DNA of 63,986 nt, counting the filler, from Stramenopiles sp. TOSAG23-2 (taxonomy: Eukaryota): NCBI GenBank assembly GCA_900128395.1. It is 3 parts of 3 records of this genome, joined end to end, with 100 filler letters (N's around TTAATTAATTAA, not from the genome) between each part and the next. Parts side by side here need not be neighbours in the genome. Positions count along the whole stretch, not along the records: positions 43,400 to 63,986 come from LT649555.1; 2 more parts are not named here. One strand, 5' to 3'. Shown piece after piece: positions 63,726 through 63,986 of this stretch (within the stretch, counting starts at the first letter, position 1; each line of letters starts with the position of its first letter). Below the pieces are notes generated by a model. The model worked only from the letters and a program-made list of their open reading frames with translations, ran no database searches and was not told the origin of the DNA. Both the position numbers and the translations under genes were made by a program.

Positions 63726-63986
63726 TATTTAAAATTCTTGTTTTCCAAAATATATATAAAATACAATTCCTTTTATATTTGGTTTATATACTTTCTTTCA
63801 ATACGTTATGTTTGTTTTCTTCTCCTGTAATAGGTACTATTTTCTATTATTATTTATATATATTGAATGAATATAGCCTGTTAATACAACGGACAACGGT
63901 TTTGTGTTATCCTCTAGGCGTGATTCGTAATCCACATAATTATGTGGTTTTATAGCATAGACACATCACTAAAAAAGAAAAGAAAT

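Overview
AT-rich, gene-dense, intron-poor eukaryotic nuclear DNA from a flagellated protist. A marine stramenopile-like origin is my inference from composition, poly-Asn tracts and gene content, not something the sequence proves. Three contigs are joined by artificial 100-nt N44-TTAATTAATTAA-N44 spacers (21607-21706, 43300-43399). About 19 intact genes: cathepsin L, soluble-type adenylate cyclase, MAPK, mitochondrial carrier, LysRS, dual immunophilin, a secreted heptad-repeat fibre-like protein, a TM-LRR-LNR protein, importin-alpha-like, bS18-KH fusion, IDE, TPR, Aurora, a PKD2-like channel (one clear intron), SPATA4-like, three coiled-coil proteins and a small secreted-type ORF. There are also three broken genes (MORN, LysRS 3' fragment, F-box/ankyrin) and many short duplications. 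Most notable: (1) a predicted mitochondrial ribosomal bS18 domain fused to a long KH-domain array; (2) an FKBP-cyclophilin fusion whose two PPIase domains are separated by a transmembrane helix rather than TPRs; (3) a secreted protein built from shuffled 21-nt modules, facing a TM-LRR-LNR receptor-like gene; (4) a cathepsin with an ependymin/LolA-like tail; (5) a MAPK with SQN in place of TxY. No rRNA, tRNA, CRISPR or transposase was recognised.
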